Part shown: piece after piece, positions 47,956 to 56,904 of the stretch
Layout: each line of letters begins with the position of its first letter
Numbering within the stretch: position 1 is the stretch's first letter
Source: Acidimicrobiales bacterium
GTDB lineage: Bacteria > Actinomycetota > Acidimicrobiia > Acidimicrobiales > VFJN01
Assembly (NCBI GenBank): GCA_035263165.1
Contig: DATFRN010000113.1
Coordinates: 35,235-99,234, forward strand
DNA: 64,000 bases
Direction of reading: 5' to 3'
Notes under the pieces: model-generated
What the model was told of the DNA's origin: nothing
Seen by the model: only the letters and a program-made list of their open reading frames with translations
The model's database searches: none
Made by a program: the position numbers and the translations under genes

Positions 47956-49926
47956 CTACCAGATGCGCACCCGGTCGTCGGGGGCGAGCCACATGCCGTC
48001 GCCGTCGGCGACGTCGAAGGCGTCGTGGAACTCGTCCAGGTTGCGGACCACGTTGGCCCGGAACTCGGGTGGGGAGTGGGGGTCGATGGCCAGGCGGCGG
48101 ACCTGCTCGGCCTCGCGGACCACCGTTCTCCACACCTGGGCCCATCCCAGGAACACCCGCTGGCTGCCCGTGTAGCCGTCGATCTCGGGGGCCTCCGCGC
48201 CGTCGAGGCTGAGTCGGTACGCCTTGTGGGCGATCTGGATGCCGCCGAGGTCGCCGATGTTCTCGCCCACCGTCAGGGCGCCGTTGACGTGGTGGCCGGG
48301 GAGGTCCTGGGGCTCGAACGCGTCGTACTGGGCGATGAGCGCCTGCGACCGGGTGTCGAACCCCTTGCGGTCGTCGTCGGTCCACCAGTCCCGCAGGTTG
48401 CCCCGCCCGTCGTAGCGGCTGCCCTGGTCGTCGAACCCGTGGCCGATCTCGTGGCCGATCACCGCGCCGATGCCGCCGAAGTTGACCGCGTCGTCGGCGT
48501 CGGGGTCGAAGAACGGCCAGCGCAGGATCGCCGCCGGGAACACGATCTCGTTCATCCCGGGGTTGTAGTAGGCGTTGACCGTCTGCGGCGTCATGTGCCA
48601 CTCGTCGCGGTCGATGGGGCGCCCGATCTTGGCCAGGTTGCGGTCGGTCTCGAAGGCGTCGGCCCGCCGCACGTTGCCCAGCAGGTCGTCGGGGTCGATG
48701 GCGAGCGCCGAGTAGTCGCGCCACGAGTCGGGGTAGCCGACCTTGGGGGTGAACTGGCCCAGCTTCTCCAGCGCCCGCTCGCGGGTCTCGGCCGACATCC
48801 AGTCGAGCGCCTCCATGTCGACCCGGTAGGCCTCGACCAGCCAGCCGACCAGCCGCTGCATCTTCTCCTTGTGCTCGGGCGGGAAGTGGCGGGCGACGTA
48901 CAGCCGCCCGACCGCCTCGCCGAGCCCGGCCTCCAGCACCGCCACGCCCCGCTTCCACCGCTCACGCAGCTGGGGGATCCCGGACAGCAGCGTGCCGTAG
49001 AAGGCGAAGTTGGCGTCGACGAACCGGCTCGACAGGAAGGGCGCCGAGGCCCGCACGTGGTGGAACACCAGCCACGCCCGCCAGTCGGCCAGCGGCAGCT
49101 CGCCCACCAGCCGGGCGGCGGTCGTCAGCGCCCCGGGCTGGCGGACGATGACCTCGGCCACCGCCGACGGGGGCGCCTCGAACCCCGCCCGCCAGGCGTC
49201 CCAGTCGAACCCCGGCGCCAGCTCGGCCAGCTCGGCCCACGTCCGCTTGTTGTAGGTCTTCAGCGCGTCGCGGCTGTCGACCATCGTCCAGTGCCCGGCG
49301 GCCAGCGCGGTCTCGAGCGCCATGATCCGCTCGGCGGCGCCCTCGGGGTCGGGCTCGTCGACCAGCGCCAGCATGGCGGCCACGTGGGTGACGTAGGCCG
49401 CCCGCACCTCCGCGTAGGCGTCCTCGCGGTAGTAGGCCTCGTCGGGCAGCCCCAGCCCCGCCTGCACGAGGTTGACGATGTAGCGGGTGGCGTCCTCGCC
49501 GTCGTTGTCGACGTACCAGGCCGCCAGCCCCGGCGTGCCGTGGCGCCCCAGCCGCCCGAGCAGGCCGGCCAGCTCGCCGGTGGACGCCACCGCCCGGATG
49601 TCGGCCAGGTCGTCGGCCAGCGGCGCGGCGTCGCGCCGCTCGGCCCCGGCCTCGTCCATGAACGAGGTCCACAGGTCGCCGACCTTGCGCTCGTCGCTGC
49701 CCGGCTCGGCCGAGGCCGAGGACGCCGCCACCTCCTCGGCCAGCGCCCGCACGTCGATCTCGGACTGGTCGTCGAGGGCGTGGAACGCGCCGTGGGCCGC
49801 CCGGTCGGGCGGGATCTCGGTCTCGGCCATCCACCGGGCGTTGACGTGGCGGAACAGGTCGTCCTGGGGGCGGACGTCGGCGGACAGCTCGTCGGTGGCG
49901 ATGCCGCTGGGGCGAGGGGTGGCCAT
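47956..49926 (-). CDS. M13-family zinc metallopeptidase (PepO / endothelin-converting-enzyme-like)
   Basis: NAYYNP, VIGHEIGHGFDDQG (HExxH) and GENIGDLGG (ExxxD). Confidence 0.9.
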   Translation of the reverse strand: MATPRPSGIATDELSADVRPQDDLFRHVNARWMAETEIPPDRAAHGAFHALDDQSEIDVRALAEEVAASSASAEPGSDERKVGDLWTSFMDEAGAERRDAAPLADDLADIRAVASTGELAGLLGRLGRHGTPGLAAWYVDNDGEDATRYIVNLVQAGLGLPDEAYYREDAYAEVRAAYVTHVAAMLALVDEPDPEGAAERIMALETALAAGHWTMVDSRDALKTYNKRTWAELAELAPGFDWDAWRAGFEAPPSAVAEVIVRQPGALTTAARLVGELPLADWRAWLVFHHVRASAPFLSSRFVDANFAFYGTLLSGIPQLRERWKRGVAVLEAGLGEAVGRLYVARHFPPEHKEKMQRLVGWLVEAYRVDMEALDWMSAETRERALEKLGQFTPKVGYPDSWRDYSALAIDPDDLLGNVRRADAFETDRNLAKIGRPIDRDEWHMTPQTVNAYYNPGMNEIVFPAAILRWPFFDPDADDAVNFGGIGAVIGHEIGHGFDDQGSRYDGRGNLRDWWTDDDRKGFDTRSQALIAQYDAFEPQDLPGHHVNGALTVGENIGDLGGIQIAHKAYRLSLDGAEAPEIDGYTGSQRVFLGWAQVWRTVVREAEQVRRLAIDPHSPPEFRANVVRNLDEFHDAFDVADGDGMWLAPDDRVRIW

Positions 49927-49935
49927 CCCCGCAGC

Positions 49936-50550
49936 CTACGGGGGCGGGGTGACAGCCACGGCGGCGGGGCGGAGCAGGCCGTCGACCAACGCGGCCACCG
50001 CGCCCATCGTCGTGAACAGCGACCCCGCGGTCGCCTCGGGGTCGAGCCCCGTGTAGAGCTCGATGCCGAGGAACAGGGCCGCCATCGCCGCGGTGACGTC
50101 GCTCTGGGGGAGGACGTCGCCGTAGGGGGTGCCCTCGAGCAGCCGGGTGATCGCTTCGCCCACCAGCGACGTCCACGGCTCGAGCGCCTCGCGGATGCCC
50201 CGGGACAGATCCTCGGACCCCACCGCCCCGGCCAGCATCTGGGTCAGGGCGGCGACGGTCCCGGCCTTGAACTCCTCGTCGTGCAGCCGGCGGGCGACGG
50301 CGACCAGGTCGGTGAGCGAGGTGACCGAGCGCAGGGCCTCGGCGTAGAGGGCCGAGCGCCGCTCGCTCTCACTGCGGGCCACCGCCACCAGCAGCCCCTC
50401 GACCGACCCGAAGTGGTAGAAGATCAGCGCCTGGTTGAAGCCGCCGTGGCGGGCGACCGACCGGGCGCTCACGCCGGTGATGCCCTGGTCGCGGAGCGTC
50501 GCCAGCGCCGCCTCCACGATGCGGGTGCGGGTGTCGGGCACGCTCGGCAT
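49936..50550 (-). CDS. TetR-family transcriptional regulator
   Basis: N-terminal HTH ITGVSARSVARHGGFNQALIFYHFGSVEGLL. 204 aa. Confidence 0.85.
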   Translation of the reverse strand: MPSVPDTRTRIVEAALATLRDQGITGVSARSVARHGGFNQALIFYHFGSVEGLLVAVARSESERRSALYAEALRSVTSLTDLVAVARRLHDEEFKAGTVAALTQMLAGAVGSEDLSRGIREALEPWTSLVGEAITRLLEGTPYGDVLPQSDVTAAMAALFLGIELYTGLDPEATAGSLFTTMGAVAALVDGLLRPAAVAVTPPP

Positions 50551-50554
50551 CCTC

Positions 50555-51550
50555 TCAGCCCGGCGTGGTGAGGGGGATGGCGCGGTAGCGCCGGTCCATG
50601 AGGTGCTCGAGCGCCCAGGTGACGTAGGCCCGGGGGAAGGCCGCCAGCCCCCCGCCCACGGTCGTCTGGTTGAGGTGCTCGACGGCCCGCCGGGCGTCGT
50701 CCATATAGCGGTCGGCCACGGCCAGGGCGTCGGCCACCGTGCCCGACCGGCGCACGGCCTCCAGCGCCTCCTCGCGCGCCCCCGGCGTGCCGGCGGCCAG
50801 CAGCCGGCGCAGCTCGGGGCCGTCGGGCCCGGCCAGCGCCCGGATGACCGGCAGGGTGTAGACGCCGGCGGCCACGTCGCTGCCGGTCGGCTTGCCCATG
50901 CGCCCGGGGTCGCCGATGAGGTCGAGGACGTCGTCGAGCACCTGGAACCCGAGGCCGAAGGCGGTGCCGTAGCGGGCCAGCGCCGCCCGCTGGTGCTCGG
51001 CCAGCCCGCCCGTGTGGGCGCCCAGCTGGCAGGCGCAGGAGAACAGGGCCGCCGTCTTGCCCCGGATCGACAGCAGCTGGGACTCGGCGGTGCGGTCGCG
51101 GTCGTAGGTGTCGCGCAGCTCGGCCACCTGGCCCTCGCACAGCTCGCCGAGGGCGGACGCCAGCAGCCCGGCGGCCTCGCCGCTGACCCCGGCGGCCAGC
51201 GCGGCCGACCGGGCCAGGATGTAGTCGCCGGCCAGCAGCGCCCGGTTGACGCCGGACCGGGCGTTGATCGTGGGCCGGCCCCGCCGGGTGTCGGCGGCGT
51301 CGAGGATGTCGTCGTGGACCAGCGAGCCGACCTGGACCAGCTCGACGGCGGCGGCGGCGTCGACGACCCGGTCGTCGTAGACCCCGCCCAGGGCCGCCCC
51401 GGCCAGGGTCAGCAGCGGGCGGAGGCGCTTGCCCTCGGCGGCCACGCCGACGGCGTCCCGGCCGAGGAGGGCGTTGTCACCGTCGAGCGCCTCGACGATG
51501 CGGTCGTCGACGGCGGCGAGGCGCTCCGGCAGGTCGTCGATGCCGAACAT
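50555..51550 (-). CDS. Polyprenyl diphosphate synthase (trans-IPPS, GGPP-synthase-like)
   Basis: First and second Asp-rich motifs LVHDDILD and QVLDDVLD, and KRLRPLL. Confidence 0.9.
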   Translation of the reverse strand: MFGIDDLPERLAAVDDRIVEALDGDNALLGRDAVGVAAEGKRLRPLLTLAGAALGGVYDDRVVDAAAAVELVQVGSLVHDDILDAADTRRGRPTINARSGVNRALLAGDYILARSAALAAGVSGEAAGLLASALGELCEGQVAELRDTYDRDRTAESQLLSIRGKTAALFSCACQLGAHTGGLAEHQRAALARYGTAFGLGFQVLDDVLDLIGDPGRMGKPTGSDVAAGVYTLPVIRALAGPDGPELRRLLAAGTPGAREEALEAVRRSGTVADALAVADRYMDDARRAVEHLNQTTVGGGLAAFPRAYVTWALEHLMDRRYRAIPLTTPG

Positions 51551-51573
51551 CCCGGCCAGGTGATCGGGGGCAA

Positions 51574-51608
51574 GGTTTGAGCGAATGATTTGAGCGTACG
51601 CTCAAACC
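51574..51608. promoter_or_regulatory. Perfect 18-bp palindrome TTTGAGCGTACGCTCAAA (51589-51606) preceded by a third half-site GGTTTGAGCG; candidate TetR operator for the ids-tetR-M13 operon
   Basis: Read directly in the DNA. It lies 24-58 nt upstream of the polyprenyl synthase start. The operator role is inferred. Confidence 0.45.
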
Positions 51609-51658
51609 GGGCACCAGGGCCAGGGTTTGTGACCAACGTCTCCCCATCGTCCAACTCT

Positions 51659-51683
51659 GGAGTGACACAAAGGGTGTCACTCC
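51659..51683. other. 10-bp perfect hairpin GGAGTGACAC-aaagg-GTGTCACTCC in the 0.4-kb spacer
   Basis: Read directly in the DNA. Function unknown (operator, or a transcript-stabilising or terminating stem-loop). Confidence 0.3.
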
Positions 51684-51953
51684 ACTCGGATGTTGGCACA
51701 GGGGGGTCTCCATACGAGGACAATTGACGGTCTGTCGCGCGAGGACGAGGATTCAGTTACTTAACACGGGTCACATGAGGGTCCGTGTGACGGGGACACC
51801 CGTGGGCACAGCGTCGTGTCCGCACGAAATCGAGCAGCGTCAGCAGCGGTGAAGATCAGGAGGAGGCATCGCCGACGCACCTGCGGTCGGCACCGCCAGA
51901 CGCGACGTCGTCAACGTCACGCGTGCCGTCGACCCCATGCCGAGGGGGCACTA

Positions 51954-53939
51954 GTGCTAACTACCCGCAGGTCCACTACCCAGAGGGATGTCCCTCGAAC
52001 GAAACGTCGTCGCACGAAGGCGCCGATGCTGGCCCTGGTCGTGGGCCTCGTCGTCGCCATGGGTGCGACGCTCGTCTCACCGGGGGCCGGGGCCGACGTC
52101 GCGTTGTCCGACCAGACGCTCGACGGCGGCGGCAACAACCGGGCGCATCCGACCGCCGGCCAGGCCAACACGCCGTATCTGCGCGTCGCACCGGCGAACT
52201 ACGCGGACGGCAAGAGCCAACCGGTGTCCGGTCCGAACAGCCGGTTCGTCAGCAACCGGGTGTTCAACGACGTCCACCAGAACATCTTCTCGGAGCGCGG
52301 CGTCTCCCAGATCGTGTGGCTGTGGGGCCAGTTCATCGACCACAACGTCGGTCTGAAGGACGGCAACGGCCCGGTCGCCAACATCCCGTACAACAACGGG
52401 TCGCCCGACCCGATCGAGACGTTCACCAACAACCTCGGCGTGATCCCGTTCCAGCGGTCCGCCGCGGCGCCGGGCACGGGCGTGAACAACACCCGCCAGC
52501 AGACCAACACCGTCAGCTCGTTCATCGACGGCTGGGCGGTCTATGGCGGCACCAACGCGCGCCTCGACTTCCTGCGGGCCGGTGGGCCGAACGACGGCAA
52601 CCCGGACAACAACAGCGCCAAGATGGCGGTCGACGCCAACAACAACCTGCCCCGGCGCAACTTCCGCGGCAACGCCAACACGGCGCCCGAGATGGACCAT
52701 GACGGCCGCCTCGCGGCGAACCCCGGCAACGCCGTGGTCGCCGGTGACGTCCGCGCCAACGAGAACATCGGCCTGACGGCGATCCAGACGCTGTTCGTGC
52801 GTGAGCACAACCGCATCGTCAACGCCCTGCCGAACACGATCAGCGAGCAGCTCAAGTTCGCCATCGCCCGCCGCATCGTGATCTCGGAAGAGCAGTTCAT
52901 CACCTACAACGAGTTCCTGCCCGCCGTCGGTGTGAACCTGCCCGCCTACCGGGGCTACAACCCCAACATCAACCCCGCCATCAGCAACGAGTTCGCCACG
53001 GTCGCCTACCGGGCCCACTCGATGATCCACGGCGAGATCGAGGCCGACGTCGACGCCGACACCCCGGCCGCCACCCTCGACTTCCTGCGTGGTCAGGGCG
53101 TCGAGGTCGGCGATCCCGAGGACGGCGAGATCGAGCTCGTGGTCCCGCTGAACGTCGCGTTCTTCAACCCCGACGTGATGGCAGCCATCGGCGTCGGCCC
53201 GATCCTCGAGGGTCTGGCCGGCGAGTCGCAGTACAAGAACGACGAGCAGATCGACAACTCGATGCGCTCGGTCCTGTTCCAGGTGCCGGTGTCCGGCAAC
53301 CCCGAGTGCCTCGACGGCCCGACGCTGCCGACGTGCTTCAACGGTGTGTCCGACGTGGGCGCCCTCGACATCGAGCGCGGCCGTGACCACGGCATGCCGA
53401 CGTACAACCAGCTGCGGCAGGCCGAGGGGCTGGCCCCGAAGACCAGCTTCACCGCCGTCACCGGCGAGGCCACCGAGGCGTTCCCGACCAACGATCCGAC
53501 GATCACGGGCAACCCGATCAACGATCCCAACATCCTGGACTTCGTCCAGCTGAAGGACATCAACGGGAACAACGTCCCTCTGGACTCCCCGGACGCCAAC
53601 AACATCGCCACCGTGGGCATCCGCCGCACCACCCTTGCGGCCCGCCTCAAGGCGATCTACGGCAACGTCAACAACATGGACGCCTTCGTCGGCCTCGTGT
53701 CCGAGAAGCACGTGGCCGGTGCGGAGATGGGCGAGCTGCAGCGGGCCGTGTGGACCCAGCAGTTCATCCAGCTGCGTGAGGGCGACCGGTTCTTCTACCT
53801 GAACAACCCGGACCTCACCACGATCCGGCTCGTGTTCGGCATCGACTACCGGAAGCGCCTCGGCGACATCATCAGCCAGAACGCCGGCATCGCCCGCGGC
53901 GATCTGGAGCAGAACGTCTTCTTCGCCCCGACTGGCTGA
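51954..53939 (+). CDS. Secreted animal-type haem peroxidase (peroxidase-cyclooxygenase superfamily)
   Basis: Distal WGQFIDHN; AGDVRANENIGL (Arg and Glu); proximal AYRAHSMIH; DIERGRDHGMPTYNQLR; W..QF..LREGDRFFY. Signal-like MLALVVGLVVAMGATLVSPGAGA. GTG 51954 lies after GAGGGGG, but the start is uncertain. Confidence 0.85.
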   Translation: MLTTRRSTTQRDVPRTKRRRTKAPMLALVVGLVVAMGATLVSPGAGADVALSDQTLDGGGNNRAHPTAGQANTPYLRVAPANYADGKSQPVSGPNSRFVSNRVFNDVHQNIFSERGVSQIVWLWGQFIDHNVGLKDGNGPVANIPYNNGSPDPIETFTNNLGVIPFQRSAAAPGTGVNNTRQQTNTVSSFIDGWAVYGGTNARLDFLRAGGPNDGNPDNNSAKMAVDANNNLPRRNFRGNANTAPEMDHDGRLAANPGNAVVAGDVRANENIGLTAIQTLFVREHNRIVNALPNTISEQLKFAIARRIVISEEQFITYNEFLPAVGVNLPAYRGYNPNINPAISNEFATVAYRAHSMIHGEIEADVDADTPAATLDFLRGQGVEVGDPEDGEIELVVPLNVAFFNPDVMAAIGVGPILEGLAGESQYKNDEQIDNSMRSVLFQVPVSGNPECLDGPTLPTCFNGVSDVGALDIERGRDHGMPTYNQLRQAEGLAPKTSFTAVTGEATEAFPTNDPTITGNPINDPNILDFVQLKDINGNNVPLDSPDANNIATVGIRRTTLAARLKAIYGNVNNMDAFVGLVSEKHVAGAEMGELQRAVWTQQFIQLREGDRFFYLNNPDLTTIRLVFGIDYRKRLGDIISQNAGIARGDLEQNVFFAPTG

Positions 53940-53963
53940 CGGGGTGGGCTGACGCCCCCGGGT

Positions 53964-53988
53964 CCCGGCCACCAGCCAGGTGGCCGGG
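53964..53988 (+). terminator. Stem-loop downstream of the peroxidase gene
   Basis: CCCGGCCACC-agcca-GGTGGCCGGG, a 10-bp perfect stem 25 nt after the stop. No U-tract, which is common in GC-rich actinobacteria. Confidence 0.5.
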
Positions 53989-54094
53989 GCTCGGCGCGTC
54001 CGAGCGCCGTGACGCCCGGTGCGTAGGGCACTACCCTCTGCCGTCACAGGCAGGGTGACACACGGGGTTCCCACGGAAGGCGGGTGGGCGGAGC

Positions 54095-55504
54095 GTGCAG
54101 CGGGTGAACCTGATCGGGCCCGACGCCGGGGCCATGGCCGACCTCGTGCGGGTGCACGGGGTGGCGGTGGTGCGCCAGACCGCCCGCCGGCTCGACGACG
54201 GGCGCTGGCGGGTCCAGGCGCTGGGCGAGGCCGCCGACCTGGCCGCCCTGGCGGCCCACGGCTTCACGGTCGAACCGGTCGAGGACCTGGCGCCCGCCGG
54301 GGGCCTGGCCGGCGCGGCCGCCGGCGGCGCCGCGCCCGGGGCCGGCCCGCCCCGGCCGGGCGCCGGGCCGGCCGGCTACATGGACGTGGCGGAGGTCGAC
54401 CGCCGGCTGGCGGAGCTGGCCGGGCCGCCGTACCAGGCGGCGACCGAGCTGATCGCCCTGCCCCACCGGACCTGGGAGCGGCGGACGTGCCGGGCCCTGC
54501 GCATCGGCCGGCGGGGGCCGGGCGGCGACGGCGGCGACGGCCGCGTCAGGCCCGGCATCTGCCTGCTCGGCGGCGTGCACGCCCGGGAGTGGGGGAGCGC
54601 CGACATCCTCGTCGCCCTGGCCGAGCGGCTGCTGGGGGCGTGGGTGTCCGGCAAGGGCATCGCCATCGGGCGGCGGCGCTTCTCGGCGGCCGCCGTCCGC
54701 CGCCTGGTCGAGGAGGCCGACCTCTACCTCGTGCCCCAGGTCAACCCCGACGGCCGCCACCACAGCTTCACCGTCGACCCGATGTGGCGGAAGAACCGCC
54801 GCCCGGCGCCGCCCGGGGCGCCCGACCACTGCGTGGGCGTCGACCTCAACCGCAACTTCGACTTCCTGTGGGACTTCGCCACCCACTTCGACCCGGCCGC
54901 CCCGGTGGCGTGCTCGTCCCAGCCCTGCGACCAGCAGGTCTACGTCGGCCCCGGGCCGGCCTCCGAGCCGGAGACCCGCAACGTCGTGTGGCTGCTCGAC
55001 GAGCGGCCCGGCATCGGCTACCTCGTCGACCTGCACAGCTACGGCGAGCTGATCATGTACAGCTGGGGCGACGACGAGAACCAGACGGCCACGCCGGCCA
55101 TGGCCTTCACCAACCCCGACTGGGACGGCCGCCGGGGCGCGCCCGGCGACCAGTACCGCGAGCACATCGCGGCCGGCGACGCCCGGCTGCTCGCCCGCCT
55201 CGCGGCCCGGCTCCAGGCCGGGGTGGCCGCCGCCCGGGGCCGCCGCTACCGGGTGCAGCAGTCGATGAGCCTCTACCCGACGGCGGGGACCTCCGACGAC
55301 TACGCCTACAGCCGCCACCTGGTCGACCCGGCCCGGGCCAAGGTGCTGGCCCTCACGGTCGAGTGGGGCGCCGAGGACAACCCCACGCCGTTCCACCCGC
55401 CCTACGACGAGATGGTCCAGATCATCGCCGAGGTGACCAGCGGCCTGCTCGCCTTCTGCGGCGAGGCGCGGCGCGTCGCCGCATCCACCCGTTCCCGACC
55501 CTGA
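54095..55504 (+). CDS. M14-family zinc carboxypeptidase with N-terminal pro-segment-like domain; no signal peptide seen
   Basis: GVHAREWGS (Zn His/Glu), WRKNRR, GVDLNRNF, DLHSYG (third Zn ligand), LTVEWG (catalytic Glu region), and pocket segment YPTAGTSDDYAY. Confidence 0.85.
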   Translation: MQRVNLIGPDAGAMADLVRVHGVAVVRQTARRLDDGRWRVQALGEAADLAALAAHGFTVEPVEDLAPAGGLAGAAAGGAAPGAGPPRPGAGPAGYMDVAEVDRRLAELAGPPYQAATELIALPHRTWERRTCRALRIGRRGPGGDGGDGRVRPGICLLGGVHAREWGSADILVALAERLLGAWVSGKGIAIGRRRFSAAAVRRLVEEADLYLVPQVNPDGRHHSFTVDPMWRKNRRPAPPGAPDHCVGVDLNRNFDFLWDFATHFDPAAPVACSSQPCDQQVYVGPGPASEPETRNVVWLLDERPGIGYLVDLHSYGELIMYSWGDDENQTATPAMAFTNPDWDGRRGAPGDQYREHIAAGDARLLARLAARLQAGVAAARGRRYRVQQSMSLYPTAGTSDDYAYSRHLVDPARAKVLALTVEWGAEDNPTPFHPPYDEMVQIIAEVTSGLLAFCGEARRVAASTRSRP

Positions 55505-55521
55505 CCGCGGAGGACCGTCCC

Positions 55522-56838
55522 ATGCCCACCAAGCGCACGCCCAAGGTTGCGGACTGGACCGTGATGGTCTTCCTCAACGCCAAGAACAACCTGGAGCAGT
55601 TCTCGTTCCTCAACTGGGACCAGATGGCCAAGGTCGGCAGCACCGACCGGGTCAACGTGCTGGTCGAGTTCGGCCGGCCCCGGCGCCACTACAGCGACCA
55701 GTACGGCGCCTGGTCCAAGACGCTGCGCTTCCGGGTGGCCAAGGGCATGAAGCCGACCCAGGCCCGGGCCCTGGAGGACCTGGGCCAGGTGAACATGGGC
55801 GCCGGCTCCGCACTGGCCGACTTCGTGACATGGGGCCGCACCAACTACCCGGCGGAGAAGACGATGCTCGCCCTGTGGGACCACGGGCAGGGCTGGCGGC
55901 GCGCCCAGGAGCTGACCCTGCGGGCCTCCGCCGCCGACCTCGGGCGGGTCGCCAGGGGGCGCCAGGCGGCCCGCCAGCGGCTCGGCGACGCCGTCGGCAG
56001 CATCGAGCCCCTGCCCGACGACCAGACGATCCACGGGGCGTTCCGCTACGTCTCCCACGACGAGGACACGGGCGACAAGCTCTACAACCGCGAGATCCAG
56101 GACGCGCTGGCCGACCTCACCCGCGACGAGAAGATCGACGTGATCGGCTTCGACGCCTGCCTCATGTCGATGCTGGAGACCGCCTACGCCCTCCGCAAGG
56201 CCGGCTCGGTGATGGTGGGGAGCGAGGAGCTCGAGCCCGGCGACGGCTGGAGCTACGACGGGTTCCTCAAGCCGCTGGCCGCGGACCCCGCCGCCTTCGA
56301 CGCCGCCGCGCTGGGGACCCGGATGGTGGCCGCCTACCGCGACTACTACGGCGACCGGGACGCCACCACGATGGCGGCCACCGACCTGACGAAGGTGGAG
56401 AAGGCGGCCCGGGCCCTGTCCCGGTTCGCCACCGAGGCCACCACCCACCTCGACGACCACCTGCCGGTGCTCAAGCGGGCCCGCAAGGCGTGCGAGAACT
56501 ACGCGCCCGGGTACGGCCTCAACTCCATCGACCTGGCCCGGCTGCTGGACCAGGTGGCGGCGGCGCCGGCGGTCGCGCCGGCGCTGGCGAAGCGGGCGAC
56601 GGCCGCCCGGGCGGCGCTCGACGACGCCGTGATCGACAGCTGGGCGTCGGCCCAGCGGCAGGGCCGCTTCGGCTCGCACGGGCTGGCGATCTACTTCCCG
56701 GCCTCGAAGCTGGCCTACGACAACGATCCGGATCGGGACGGCTACGCTCTCGGGAACGCCAACTACCCAGTGGAGTTTGTCGACCGCGAAAAGTGGGGGA
56801 AGTTCCTTCATTCCTACTTTGACCGAGTAACGCGCTAG
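55522..56838 (+). CDS. Peptidase C11 (clostripain-type, clan CD) cysteine peptidase; no signal peptide seen
   Basis: WTVMVFLNAKNNLE, LALWDHGQGW (catalytic His-Gly), VIGFDACLMSMLE (catalytic Cys). The ATG lies 17 nt after the M14 stop and is preceded by GGAGGA. Confidence 0.85.
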   Translation: MPTKRTPKVADWTVMVFLNAKNNLEQFSFLNWDQMAKVGSTDRVNVLVEFGRPRRHYSDQYGAWSKTLRFRVAKGMKPTQARALEDLGQVNMGAGSALADFVTWGRTNYPAEKTMLALWDHGQGWRRAQELTLRASAADLGRVARGRQAARQRLGDAVGSIEPLPDDQTIHGAFRYVSHDEDTGDKLYNREIQDALADLTRDEKIDVIGFDACLMSMLETAYALRKAGSVMVGSEELEPGDGWSYDGFLKPLAADPAAFDAAALGTRMVAAYRDYYGDRDATTMAATDLTKVEKAARALSRFATEATTHLDDHLPVLKRARKACENYAPGYGLNSIDLARLLDQVAAAPAVAPALAKRATAARAALDDAVIDSWASAQRQGRFGSHGLAIYFPASKLAYDNDPDRDGYALGNANYPVEFVDREKWGKFLHSYFDRVTR

Positions 56839-56904
56839 TCCAGTCTTCCCCGGATGCCCACGGTGGCGTAACGTGCGTCCCGCGTTGGTGTCCGGAGGAC
56901 GGGA

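Noticed and set aside
40520-51681. Recurrence of GTGACAC/GTGTCAC (40521, 43174, 51662, 51674, about 54057) as a possible shared regulatory motif.
   Set aside because: A rough base-composition estimate predicts several chance occurrences of a 7-mer like this in 64 kb on two strands. The surrounding contexts share no further similarity.
51816-51953. An upstream in-frame extension of the peroxidase ORF (46 codons, MSARNRAASAAVKIRRRHRRR...), plus a strong AGGAGGAGG at about 51868.
   Set aside because: The extension is Arg-rich and non-protein-like, and no canonical start codon follows the SD-like string at a usable distance. The GTG at 51954 is preferred but remains uncertain.
53940-54094. A possible precursor-peptide ORF (RiPP-like) just upstream of the M14/C11 peptidase pair.
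   Set aside because: The 155-nt spacer is filled by hairpins. I found no start codon with an SD and no open frame of useful length.
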